Shown: positions 14,075 through 26,597 of the stretch, one piece after another
Numbering within the stretch: position 1 is the first letter of the stretch
How the letters are laid out: every line of letters starts with the position of its first letter
DNA from: Phoronis australis
Taxonomy: Eukaryota; Animalia; Phoronida
Direction: 5' to 3'
Length of the DNA: 64,000 nt
Assembly (NCBI GenBank): GCA_002633005.1
Contig: NMRA01000001.1
Coordinates: 839,755 to 903,754, forward strand
Translations under genes and position numbers: made by a program
The notes under the pieces: model-generated
Told to the model about the DNA's origin: nothing
The model's database searches: none
The model's input: only the letters and a program-made list of their open reading frames with translations

Positions 14075-17000
14075 TAACGCCATTACAGTAGATATTCAAT
14101 TTTTCAATCTTGTAAGGAACTAACAGTTATTCCTCAGACTATGCGATGTTGGCGAATAAAACGACAAGAGGTTACGAACCAACTTGTACAGCCTGTTCTC
14201 AAGCAATAACAACATTATCAGTACTTTGGAAGCCCTGAAATCAACTCCAAGTTTACTAGAGAACAGAGTGAGACCAACTTCGTAAGGGTATTACCGGTAA
14301 GTAGTGTAAATCATTTTTGGAAGCCTGGCGGCGTTATAGCCGCTACACCATCTTGGGTAGTATTTACACAGAAATTGATACAGGAATTTTCAAAAAAAAA
14401 AACGCACATTCCTCATGCACTGGTATTTGCTTAATTTTGCATACAGAAGGGTATTAACGTAATGAACTCACACTGTGGTACAACGCAATTAAGCTCACAT
14501 GAGTGACATTCAGAGATGGCATTAAAAAGATACAAGCCGTGGGCGTAGGCTATAGATGGTTTGTAAAACAACTTCTGAGTCCATTTTCGGGGTCAATTTT
14601 GTTTGATACCAAAAACTAAGAAGTTCCCGTGTTTAATCATATTTCCATGAAATGTGTAACTTAACATGCGGTATTTTTCGAATATCAAATTTTTGGTATT
14701 ACATTTAGCAACAAAAGAAAAATAAAGTTGCCTCCCACACGCTCACAGGATGAAAAAATTGGAGCTACGGCCCACGACATATCATGACCTTGTCTGACCA
14801 GCAGATAACACACACACGCACGCACGCACGCACACACACACATATCATCTAAATGAAATAGTGAAATTAGTGCTCCAGAACAAAAAAATAACGATAACTA
14901 ACAATATGGTAAAATCTCGCGAATTTCGGACAAAAATAATTACCAAATGTGACCCTTTTTCATTCCCAAGGGCACCCAACAGTGATGTGAATGCCCACAA
15001 ATTTTCAAAACTTTCTTTCATGACAAGGGAATAGTAGCTTAAGACCTGGATAATGACACCAACACTAGGCTAGGCCCTTTTGTATCTTAAGGCATCAAAT
15101 GAATTCTGGCAACAGCCACTCAAGCCTATTCATCCGACATGCCGATCTTAATTGAGCGCGTAAATCTTTGTTAGAAAGCAGTGCGCTTGTAATGACTTCC
15201 AACAGATAGGTATATTGGATTGGAAACACCTATTGTATTGTATGGGCTGATGGCAAGTGATTCAGTTTAGTGGGGTGTAATTTGTAAGTGCAACTTATAA
15301 GTCACGTGATCATAGCTGTAGAGCAAATCTGAAAATGGAATATCCTTTAATTTTGTGCTACATGTAATGACAGAATAAGCATTCACTTGTGGGCCATATT
15401 GTGTCTCAAATTGGTGAGATTTTACGTCAACAGTCCAGTATACAACAAAAACCCAAAGAAAAACTTCTGACTTTTGATAATTAAGAAATTAACAAAGTAA
15501 GAATTACCACTGCTTACCAACTGAAGAATTCCAATTGATGGGTTCATAAAGTGACTAATGATGACTAATGGCACCAATTTCATATTTCAACAAATACCCA
15601 AAATATCTTGCGTTCAAAAACAGAGTACAGGTTTTTAAGAATGGTGTTAAAGGCGAAGGCAACCTTTTTCCATGTCATTTTGAGCTAAAATAAGGTTGGT
15701 TGGTTATNTAACGCCATTACATAGATATTCAATTTTTCAATCTTGTAAGGAACTAACAGTTATTCCTCAGACTATGCGATGTTGGCGAATAAAACGACAA
15801 GAGGTTACGAACAAACTTTTACAGCCTGTTCTCAAGCAATAACAACATTATCAGTACTTTGGAAGCCCTGAAATCAACTCCAAGTTTACTAGAGAACAGA
15901 GTGAGACCAACTTCATAAGGGAATTACCGGTAAGTAGTGTAAATCATTTTGGAAGCCTGGCGGCGTTATAGCCGCTACACCATCTTGGGTAGTATTTACA
16001 CAGAAATTGATACAGGAATTTTCAAAAAAAACCGCACATTCCTCATGCACTGGTATTTGCTTAATTTTGCATACAGAAGGGTATTAACGTAATGAACTCA
16101 CACTGTGGTACAACGCAATTAAGCTCACATGAGTGACATTCAGAGATGGCATTAAAAAGATACAAGCTTGGGCGTAGGCTATAGATGGTTTGTAAAACAA
16201 CTTCTGAGTCCATTTTCGGGGTCAATTTTGTTTGATACCAAAAACTAAGAAGTTCTCGTGTTCAATCATATTTCCATGAAATGTGTAACTTAACATGCGG
16301 TATTTTTCGAATATCAAATTTTTGGTATTACATTTAGCTACAAAAGAAAAATAAAGTTGCCTCCCACACGCTCACAGGATGAAAAAATTGGAGCTACGGC
16401 CCACGACATATCATGACCTTGTCTGACCAACAGATAACACACACACGCACGCACGCACACACACATATCATCTAAATGGAATAGTGAAATTAGTGCTCCA
16501 GAACAAAAAATAACGATGACTAACAATATGGTAAAATCTCGCTAATTTCGGACAAAAATAATTATCAAATGTGACCCTTTTTCATTTCCAAGGGCACCCA
16601 ACAGTGTTGCGAATGCCCACAGATTTTCAAAACTTTGTTACATGACAAGGGAATAGTAGCTTAAGACCTGGCTAATGACACCAACACTAGGCTAGGCCCT
16701 TTTGTATATTAAGGCATCAAATGAATTCTGGCAACAGCCACTCAAGCCTATTCATCCGACATGCCGAACTTAACTGAGCGTGTAAATCTTTGTTAGAGAG
16801 CAGTGTGCTTGTAATGACTTCCAACAGATAGGTATATTGCATTGGAAACACCTATTGTATTGTATGGGCTGATGGCACGTGATTCAGTTTAGTGGGGTGT
16901 AATTTGTAAGTGCAACTTATAAGTCACGTGATCATAGCTGTAGAGCAAATCTGAAAATGGAATATCCTTTAATTTGTGCTACATGTAATGACAGAATAAG

Positions 17001-17271
17001 CATTCACTTGTGGGCCATATTGTGTCTCAAATATGTGAGATTTTACGTCAACAGTCCAGTATACAACAAAAACCCAAAGAAAAACTTCTGACTTTTGATA
17101 ATTAAGAAATTAACAAAGTAAGTCTTACCACTGCTTACCAACTGAAGAACTCCAATTGATGGGTTCATAAAGTGACTAATGATGACTAATGGCACCAATT
17201 TCATATTTCAACAAATACCCAAAATATCTTGCGTTCAAAAACAGAGTACAGGTTTTTAAGAATGGTGTTAA
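14075..17271. repeat. Near-identical tandem duplication: 14075-15650 and 15709-17271, joined at n15708 (probable haplotypes)
   Basis: taacgccattaca... restarts right after n15708; the copies align to ...aatggtgttaa and differ in SNPs and microsatellite length. Confidence 0.9.
15651..15707. mobile_element. Terminal fragment of the Kolobok-like element (same TIR as 51647), cut by the contig end
   Basis: TTAA (15647-15650) then aggcgaaggcaacctttttccatgtcattttgagctaaaataaggttggttggttat, identical to 51647-51703. Confidence 0.85.
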
Positions 17272-17384
17272 TGTTTGGCGTTACACTAACTCAATGAAAT
17301 TACAGACAAAAAAAACAGGATTATTCCAAGACTTTGATAAGGCCTAAGCAAGAATTATAAGTCTTCACACGCCATGTTGGTCTC

Positions 17385-17600
17385 ATCACATAACCTAAGA
17401 GTTAAGTTTGAAAAGATTTCCATCTTGAGCGGGGATCGAACCCGGGACTGCCTGCTAACGTTGCAAGCGCTCTTGTATGGTGGTCCTCAGGATATATCTC
17501 CGTGGACTAGAGCATCTGCACAATTAGCAGACAGTTCCGGACTCGAACCCTGGTCAGGACAGAAATCTTTTCAGACTTAACTCTAGGTCACGTGATGTGA
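17385..17600. repeat. Palindromic element with tRNA-like (B-box) arms
   Basis: tcacataacctaagagttaagtttgaaaagatttc...ggggatcgaacccgggactgcctgctaa...gctct vs agagc...ttagcagacagttccggactcgaaccc...gaaatcttttcagacttaactctaggtcacgtga; a deleted remnant sits in the paralogous segment at ~25390-25490. Confidence 0.6.
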
Positions 17601-17936
17601 TCAAGAAATGTTGTGATAGAAGACTAATATTGTTGCTTATGCAGAGTTCAAATTTGGTTGAGAAATCATTGTGAATAGTTACAAATGGAGAGATTCAACA
17701 ATTTTGGATACTCGAAGGTCTCGCCCGCATTGAAGATTTTGCGTCCATAACAACAAAAGCACCTAGAACCGCACAAACTCATCCAAATTTGAAATCTTGT
17801 AACAGGCAAAACGTAACATCCGCTTAAAAATAAAAAAGCACCAATAACCAAAGCTAAAGAGACTGCTGGAGGAAGCTATCAGCTCACAGAGTGAGAAAAT
17901 ATTGCCATAATTTTCAGTTCTAAAACAAAATACAAA

Positions 17937-18026
17937 CTAGCCAGACCGGATTTCGCAGTGTAGCATCACACACAAAATGTCCTTTTTGTCATCTCCCGTG
18001 ATCTCCCACTTCAAGCCAACTTTCAT
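17937..18026 (-). CDS. NPC2: NPC2/ML-domain protein, terminal coding exon, distal cassette B
   Basis: Acceptor ttgttacag|ATG; encodes MKVGLKWEITGDDKKDILCVMLHCEIRSG*, matching the NPC2 C-terminal VxWxL...FC...I strands; phase 0 fits exon 20385-20560. Confidence 0.8.
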   Translation of the reverse strand: MKVGLKWEITGDDKKDILCVMLHCEIRSG

Positions 18027-18200
18027 CTGTAACAACGGCCAATTACAGTACAACGTATCATCTATAACATGAAGGAACCCCACACCACAATTTCTGTTTA
18101 TTTATTTAAATTCTTTAAGAGACTGGTTGACCAGTTCAGTGTATAACAGCTTGGAACGCAATACTTCAAAGTATACTTCACAGTATTCAGTTACTTATTT

Positions 18201-19482
18201 GAAGCGTTTCTACAATGGATTTATTCATTTTTGAAGTTTTAGACCGAATAAAATATTTTTGTAACACGAAATCTAACAGAAAACACTTATTTTGGCAAAT
18301 TGAAGAATTTAGACTTTTAAAGAAACATTAATATTTTTTGGTTCCCGCCTCATGATGTCATCAGTGGAAGACGTTGATAAGTTGACAGCATATGCAATGA
18401 TGGATAGTAGCCACTGTCGAAGTTACGAAGAATTCGAGAGCGAGTTTGAATATTACGAAGACAGGTATGGAGAAGGGAGTGAAGACGACAGTCAGGCCCT
18501 AAGTGAAACAGATGAGTTAAACCTCGCCATATCGGCAGACTGCGTGTTTGAGGCAGAACGAAATTGACCCTCCCCCGAGTCGAACCGAGTTTGCGGGCAC
18601 TTCTGATTTCAGAACTGACATTTTTGGCTTTATTATAGCGACTTTAGTGTCGAATAATATGTATATGTCATGAACTGTAAATCTATAATCGAAGTTTTTA
18701 TCCCGACTGTTGCGAATAAAGGCCACCTTGATTTCAATTCTTCGAATCCTAAGAGCGTTTTTAATGAACGATCATATCTAATCATTCATGATTGTGATGC
18801 TAACTGAATTTTATGTCTGGTAAATGATAATCGTTTCTTGTCTGTTCCAAAATACTGAGCTGTACTGACGCGGCTGCCTGGAAACTATGGTATACGGAAC
18901 ACTCAATATGAGCATGACAACCACGTTCCCAGAAACGGTACAACACAATACACTGTTTTTGTGCATCAGATGCACTTACACGTTGGAGAATCCTTCATCA
19001 AATTCCCGTTTCTGCGACGGCTCGAAGCACGACTCTTTAAAATGGGCTAATGTGAGCCCACAGTGGCCTCGATCTGAACTAGTGATCGTTTGCTACACCA
19101 TGCACTGCTATACCCACGTCTCATGTACAAACCTGTGCCTTTTCTGAGGTACATGTATCTTAAGGTCTTTTAGAAACGCAAAAACTGAAATATTGTATAT
19201 TCGATTGCTATTACAGCATCCTATGCACGCGCATCTTTTCTACTACTTGTGTCAGGCAATGTTCAACTCTTTTCGAGACCACTCCGCCTCACAACTTGTG
19301 TAAAACAACAAACAATACAATGGCGGAGACCGGACTTCCACTGATGAGATCACACAATTTTTTATTTTTCAATTTTTGCGTTTATTTCTTGACTACAAGT
19401 ACACAAGTTGAAGATATACGTACATAAAATATCATACCAAAATTGTTGTTAACCGAATTCAAGCACTTATGATCATGAAGGG
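18201..19482 (+). mobile_element. ~1.3-kb insertion in the cassette B intron, possible decayed piggyBac-like remnant
   Basis: Absent from the paralogous intron (26101-26150: ttacttatttaaacttc). Ends ...gaaggg next to tttaa; carries an acidic ORF (18352-18567) followed in another frame by PPPSRTEFAGTSDF, reminiscent of piggyBac N-termini. Family assignment is weak. Confidence 0.45.
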
Positions 19483-20384
19483 TTTAAATTTCTTGATAAG
19501 AGACTGATTAATCACTTCAGTGATGCCAAGGGGGCCCAGTCTGAATTAATAATACAAAGCAGTTTCAATTAAACTACTAAAAGAATTAAAACAAATTAAG
19601 GGCTATATACATATACAAAAGAGTCAAAAAGAAGATTACATCATTAAATATTTATTCTGTCCCTAAAGGTGAAGTTTCATCACCTTTATTCCAGTAAAAC
19701 GGACAAATGCAGAAAAGCATTTCAGTACAGGTAATGAATGATCACTTTTACCAAAAATACAGTATGCAGCTGATTTATTTTCGTTAATTGAGAGAACTAA
19801 GCGACAAGAAAATGCCTAAATGCAAAAAATATAACCCAAACATTTAAAAGTTAGTCTTGAAGGATAAAGCGAGAAATGACTACATGAATGTGACAATGAC
19901 CTTTGACCTGCCGACGTCAACATCGAAAGCACAGTAGTCATCGAAAACTTTGGATCAGCCACTGCAGAGCCGAGGACAGTTGCCTGCGTAAATATTTCCA
20001 ACTTAAACCATATAAACGTACCAGAATTGAGAAGGTGGATTCCAAATTAATCTAACGAACTTGCTTTATCCACTTCCTCAGTTTTTTCTCGTCTTAGACT
20101 GATGTCGGAAAGGCGAAGAACTGATCTACGGATTTTTCAAGATTATCTAACTTTCTCCTGTCGCTGTTACAGCCCAAAGAACAGCAGTATTCTATTGGCA
20201 ATGGAAAGGCGAATAGAGTAATAAAATGTAAATAAAACAAGAACAAACAATATGTGCAACTCCAAAGGCGCGAAAACGAGCGGCTACAAAAGTGTCGGAC
20301 GAAATTGCGGCATCCTTGGTAAATACAGTGAGATTCAAGTGTTACAGTGTAATCTGGGATGGTTCTGTTATGAGCTTCACTCAC

Positions 20385-20560
20385 CTCAGGATAGATCTTC
20401 GCAATAGAAACAGTGGCGTGGTAGGAGTATGTCTTCTTTGCAACAAGAGGGCACACGATGCCAGAGTTCTTGCATCCATCAGGATTCCGCAGGACGAAAC
20501 GGATCCACACACCATACACATAACCATATGCAATAGACGTCAATGACTTTGAGGGCTCTC
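20385..20560 (-). CDS. NPC2: NPC2/ML-domain protein, exon 3 equivalent, distal cassette B
   Basis: tctacag|...|gtgagt, 176 nt, phase 1 to phase 0; (G)EPSKSLTSIAYGYVYGVWIRFVLRNPDGCKNSGIVCPLVAKKTYSYHATVSIAKIYPE contains the NPC2 signature NPDGCKxGIxCPL...TYSY...YP. Confidence 0.85.
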
Positions 20561-20651
20561 CTGTAGATACATTGGTTATGTAGACAGTGTCGGATTATCA
20601 AAGCTTGGGGCCCCACACAAAATAGGGGATACAAAAATTTGAGGATACAGT

Positions 20652-20712
20652 TAGGGTCCGAAGCATTGAGGTCTGGACTCCCGTCCGGGAGAGCCGGGTT
20701 CAAATCCTGGTT
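20652..20712 (+). repeat. Degenerate tRNA-derived (SINE-head-like) sequence; paralog at ~26688-26748
   Basis: B-box ccgggttcaaatcctgg preceded by an anticodon-arm-like ctggact...ccggg; no intact acceptor stem. Confidence 0.45.
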
Positions 20713-23460
20713 TTACTGGCTGACAAAATGCGTCTCTAACGCTTCTAAGCAGGGTGAATGTGCGCAAGGGGGTGAATGAGAACCTGGACATAATGCGANG
20801 AAATTTAAGGCGAAATGTGGGAATTGCAATGATTATGGCCCCCAGATATTTCATAACAAGGGACCCCGAGAAACTTTCATCTGGCACTGTTCATAGACAA
20901 TGATTACGATCACGACTGCGTTTTTGCCACAACAGACGAATTATGGTCTCTAACAATAAGGGAAGTTCAAAGCAAAACTGTTAGCAAAAAGTGACACTTC
21001 TTGTGGAAAGAAATCTAGATCCACATATGTTGGGTATTAAATGCCTTCAAACTGGAAAACTAATTTTTGATCCAGAAACCAACACGTTGAATGAGATAAA
21101 TCTAATAGTGATGAGTGGTCTAAAGTGAATGTTAGACTCTTTTGCGGAACATGAGTTTATAAGGCATTTAACAATACGAAGAAAAAGTCTGATGTATGAT
21201 GTTTCAAGTCCGGAGCAGACAACAACCATCATAGAAATCGATTAATAATATGTAAATTGATTGTGGTCCCACAATAGCAGATCAACCATGATGTAGAACG
21301 GGTGAATAGGAATGCGTGTCAGCGGGGATACTGCGGAGCTTAAGTAACTAGTTCCTATTTGTGCTTTCTACTTGTGACGTGACAAAAACTTTTTACTGTC
21401 ACATGGGACCAGATACCGGTGGCCTCTAGAGGACGAGGGGGTACTTTATAACTGTTGTTTGAAAAGGTTTTCTACTAGTCAATGGGAACACTAAAATTCG
21501 GTCTTGAATCGAAGTTAACAGCGCAAATTAATTCTGAAGTAAAGAGGTGGATTTAACAGGGAAGCGACGACCCTTCGTTACAGTGGGAACACTTAATTTC
21601 GATGTCATCAGAGGTGTCGGCAGGGGTAGCTGCCTGCTTTTGCCAACAGTGGGCGGTCACTGGTTACTGTTTGCTAACATTTTGTTCAAATAATTATTAT
21701 TTTGCCGGTATAAGCATTCTGTTTCAATTGATCCGCCATTCTTTCGTTCTTGAATGTTGGCCGTGATAACAACGCAACAGGTGTTCAAAGTAACATTGAT
21801 TCTTTTTATGAATATTGTTATTTTCCAGTGTCTGACTTTCTTTAGCTGTTACATGACAATCGTAAAATGTGTTCCAATAATAAATGTCTCTTGCTTATGG
21901 TAACATAGGCTACAAGTATCAGGATCACTAAAATTTACTTTTTGAACAAGACTTTATTTCTAAACTTTTAGGGAAAGTTCTACACTGCAGCCATAATGAT
22001 CTATCCTCAGTACAATTCAAAGATACGTGATAGATGTTTGCCCATTTTTATCAATCAGAAAACCTCCAAATTTCCATTCTGTATTTTTACTGAAGAATGA
22101 AATTGCACGAAATGTCCGATAAATTATAACATACAAAGATGAATAATTTTGAATGAATGTCTGACTAAGTAATCCATGTTAAGTGTGAGGGAGTCCTAAA
22201 GCTCTTGTCTTTATAGGCTAGAAATCAAAGGAATCTTTGAAATTATTTCCTTAGTCATTCATATGTTACTATTATACGCTTTTATTTTTCGCATTTTGGT
22301 AACACTCTTAGTTTTTGGAATTAAAAATATTTTTAAACCAGTCATGCAGATATGCGAAAGCAGTGTGAACTGATGGGGCTACCCTCATTGTAAATATTAC
22401 ATTAATAATTACTTATGAATTAAATTATTAATGTTTTGCTTCTGGTATAATCATCAAGAACTGACTAAGAGCTTTCTAATGATATGGCTCTTATGAAATT
22501 CGGGGGAGTTGCGAAAAGTTTTAATTACAGTAAATTCCATAGCAAGTACACACATCGAACAAATGAATGCAAACGAGTTTCACGCATGTACAGAGCAACC
22601 TCAGCGGCCGCGAGACCACATTCCAATGCTAAATTATGCTTATACTAAGTTTTGATTCCCCAATTATGTCGAAAATTGGAAATAAAAAGTTTTTTGAACA
22701 GGGAAACAAAAAGGACAAAATTGCCAGATAAACAATGGTTCCCAAATGATGAACACATTTCGACATGGCACTAAAATTTTTACAAAATTTGTATTTACTG
22801 GATCAAGAAAAAACTGTTTTGGAGGAGAATGCGCTTTTAAATTATTAGCGTGGGATTTTCGAAAGACTTTTTGAAGAAAAATGTAAATTTATAAGGAATG
22901 AATGAAAAAAATAAGCCAATGTTTAGTAGATATTGTGGTCTGAGAAATTGTAGAACCACACTTGGCAAATAATTTATATTTTAAATGTTAATACTTCGTC
23001 ACCAGTCATTCCTTTTTGGAAGATTTGGCAGTGTCGATATCATTAAGGATGAGGCTGACCATCTTATTGCCAGTACCAGCCACTTCTGAAATTCGACCCC
23101 AAACCAAAGAGAAGCTAGTGGCGCTTATGTCCCGAGCTCCGCCAGTGGAATCGGTTTACACCCCACAGACCACCATTGACACAGCCCACTATACGCTCTC
23201 GCCTTTGACTGTCAGAAATTCCACAAAGAACGTTATCTACTCGCGTAATAAGATCGAGTATACTGAGCACGATTATACTGTTCAATTGTAGATACAGTTT
23301 GTAACTGATGACTAGAGGCATACGAGGTACTCGGGATCTTCGAATTGAAAACATTACATTGAATTTAGTTTTTGAAAATTTCTTGTGGCTCACCAGAAAA
23401 CGGCGGTTGGAATAAGATTGCACCGAAATTCACGCTATAAGCATGAAAATATGGTAGACA

Positions 23461-23552
23461 CATGGACGGCGCAGCCCATGGTCTATGAGCGATGCACTAC
23501 AGGGGGGCTGGAGGCTATAGCCCCCCACTTTTTCAGGGCTGCACCGCCCATG
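23461..23552. mobile_element. 92-bp MITE with 5-bp TSD (agaca)
   Basis: agaca|catggacggcgcagccc...gggctgcaccgcccatg|agaca; not present in the paralogous segment near 13985. Confidence 0.75.
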
Positions 23553-25847
23553 AGACAAAATACAGAAGAAATACAAATAAACATTTATTAAGTCCAATAA
23601 ACACATATTCCCCCACAAAATCTTAGTAGACCACTTAACGCCATAACATTGATCTTCAATTTATCTTTAGTCAGATAAAAAGCGATTTTTGGTCTTGCAA
23701 AGAACTAACAGTTTATTATTCCTCAGACTATGTGATTGGAGAATAAAATGACAGGCAGTGACAAACAAACTTGTACAGCCTGCTCTCAAGGCAATAACAA
23801 AGTTATAAGTTCTTTGGGAGCCCTGAAATCAGCTCTAATTTTACGAAGGAACAGACCGAGACCAACTTCATAAGGGTAAGTGGTCTAACTCACTTTTAGA
23901 TGCATGGCGGTGTTATAGCCAGTACACTATCTTGGGTAGTACTTGCACAGAAATTTATACAGTAGTTTCCAAAAACATACATTCCCTTATGCACTGGTAT
24001 TTGTTTAATTTTGCATACAAAAGGGCTTAAAATAATGAACAAACTTTGTGGTACTATGCAATTAAGCTCACATGAGTGACATTCAGAGATGGCTTTAAAA
24101 AGATATAAGCCGTGGACGTGGGCTAGAGGTGGCTTATAAAACCACTTCTATGTACACTTTCGGGAGGAAATTTTGTTTTGATGTGAAAAGCCAAGTTCCC
24201 ATGTTTAAACATATTTCCATGAAATGTGTAACTTAACATGTGGTACATTTCGAATATCAAATGTTTGATATTACATTTTGCTACACAAGATAAATGAAGT
24301 TGCCCCTGACATGCTCACAGGATGAAAAAACTGGAGCTAGGGTCCACGGATGTACCATGACCTTTTCTGACCATCATATAACATAGTATTACATACACAC
24401 ATATGATCCCAATGCAACAGTGAAATTAGTGCTCCACAACAAAAAATAAAGACCGCTAACATTATGGTAAAATGTAACCAATTTCAGACAAAAATAATTA
24501 CCAAATGTGACCTTTTTTAATTTCCAAGGGCACCCAACAGTGTTGTGAATGCCCACAAATTTTCAAAACTTTGTTTCATGACAAGGGAATGACACTTTAA
24601 GACCTGGCTAATGACACCAACACTAGGCTTGGCCCTTTTGTATCTTAGGGCTTCAAAGGAATTCTGGCAACAGCCAGTCAAGTCTATTCCTAAGAGATGC
24701 CCAAGTTAATTGAGTGTGTAAATCTTTGTTAGAAAGTAGAGTGATTGTAATGATTTCCAGCAGATTACGTATCTTCTTGCATTGGAAAATATTGCATTGG
24801 AAACACAAGGGGTATGGTAAGGACTAACGGCAAGTGATTCAGGTTAGTGGGGTGTAACAGGTAAATGCAACTTAAAAGTCAGGCATGTGACTGCAGCTGT
24901 AGAACAAAATGTAAACATGGAATATCGTTTAATTTTGTGTAACATGTACTGACAAAACTGGTGAGATTTTAAGGCGACAAAATAAAAGTTCAGCATACAA
25001 CCAAAACGCAAAGAAAAACTTCGCACTTTTGATAATAAGGAAATTAACAAAGCTTTGTCTGGGAGTCTTACCACTGCTTACCAACTAATGAACCATCTAC
25101 TTGATCAGTTCATTAAGTGACTTATGACAACTAATGACACCAATTTCGTATTTTAACAAATGCTCAAAATGTTCTCCATTAGAAAAGTCTAGGTTTTAAA
25201 AAAATGTCACCATATGTGGTGTTAAACTAAGCCAATGGAATTTCAGACAAAAAAACACAATTATTCCAAGTAACTTTGTTCACAGAAAGAAAAAGTAACA
25301 ATAACATGTATATAATTATGCGGTACAAATCAACACAATGATATGGCCTGAGCAAGAATTATTAGTCTTCTTGCATGCCATATGTTGGTTACATCGTAAC
25401 CTAAGAGTTAAGCTCAAACCAGGACTGCCTGCTAACATTGCAAATACTATAGTATTGTGGTCCTCAGGATATAGCTCCTAACGTGACCAAGAAACGGTGT
25501 GATAGAAGACTAATAACTATTGCTTATGCTCCTAATAATAGCAAAATTCAAATTTGGTAGAGAAATCATTGTGAATACATGGTAGCTATAAACGGAGAGA
25601 TTCAACAATTTTGCAAGCTCGAAGGTTACGCCCGCATTAAAGATTTTGCATCTGTAACAATAAAAGCACCTAGAACTGCACAAACTCGTCCAAATTTGAA
25701 ATCTTGTAACAGGCAAAACCTAACATCTGCTTAAAAATCAAAAGCACCAATAAAAAAAAACTAAAGAGACTGGCTGCTGGAGGCAGCTAACAGCTCACAA
25801 ATAGAGAAAATATTGCCAAATTTTTCAGATCTAACACAGAATAAAAA

Positions 25848-25937
25848 CTAGCCAGACCGGATTTCGCAGTCTACCATCACACACAAAATGTCCTTTTTGT
25901 CATCCCCCGTGTTTTCCCATTTCACGATAACTTGCAT
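25848..25937 (-). CDS. NPC2: NPC2/ML-domain protein, terminal coding exon, proximal cassette A
   Basis: tttttacag|ATG; MQVIVKWENTGDDKKDILCVMVDCEIRSG*. Confidence 0.85.
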   Translation of the reverse strand: MQVIVKWENTGDDKKDILCVMVDCEIRSG

Positions 25938-26421
25938 CTGTAAAAAGGCCAATTACAGTACATAACCTAACATCTATAACAGCATGGAAAAGGATACTAC
26001 TATTTCTGTTTGTTTATCTAAAATTCTTTCACAGACTGGGTGACCACTTCAGTGTATAAGGCCATGGAACACAACACTTCAAAGTGTACTTCACAGTGTT
26101 CAGTTACTTATTTAAACTTCTTTATCAAACACTGGTTAACCACTTCAGTGATTCCAAGAGGGCCCAGTCCGAATTTAAGTAACATTGTGTTAAAGCACAA
26201 AGTAGTTTCAATTTAACTACTAAGACAAATGAAACAAAGTACTATACAGATATTAAAAAAGCTAAAAACAAGATTACATCAATAAATATTCATTCCAAAG
26301 GCGCGAAATCGAGCGGCTAAAAAAGTGCTCGACGGAAATTGCGGCATCATGGGTAAATACAGTGAAATTCAAGTGTTACAGTGTAATCCAACGCGGCTCT
26401 ATTATCAGGAGATTCACTCAC

Positions 26422-26597
26422 CTCAGGATAGATCTTGAGAACAGGAATGGCGGTGTGGTAGGAATATGTCTTCTTTGCAACAAGAGGGCACACAATGCCA
26501 GACTTCTTGCATCCATCAGGATTGGGCAGGTGGAAAGGAACCCACATGTCATACACATAACCATGTGCAACAGATGTCAAGGACTTAGAGGACTCTC
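26422..26597 (-). CDS. NPC2: NPC2/ML-domain protein, exon 3 equivalent, proximal cassette A
   Basis: tctacag|...|gtgagt, 176 nt; (G)ESSKSLTSVAHGYVYDMWVPFHLPNPDGCKKSGIVCPLVAKKTYSYHTAIPVLKIYPE. Confidence 0.9.

Noticed and set aside
15299-17598. CLEAR/E-box-like gtcacgtgat motifs near a lysosomal gene
   Set aside because: They lie downstream of NPC2 rather than at a promoter; two are the same duplicated site and one is inside a repeat.
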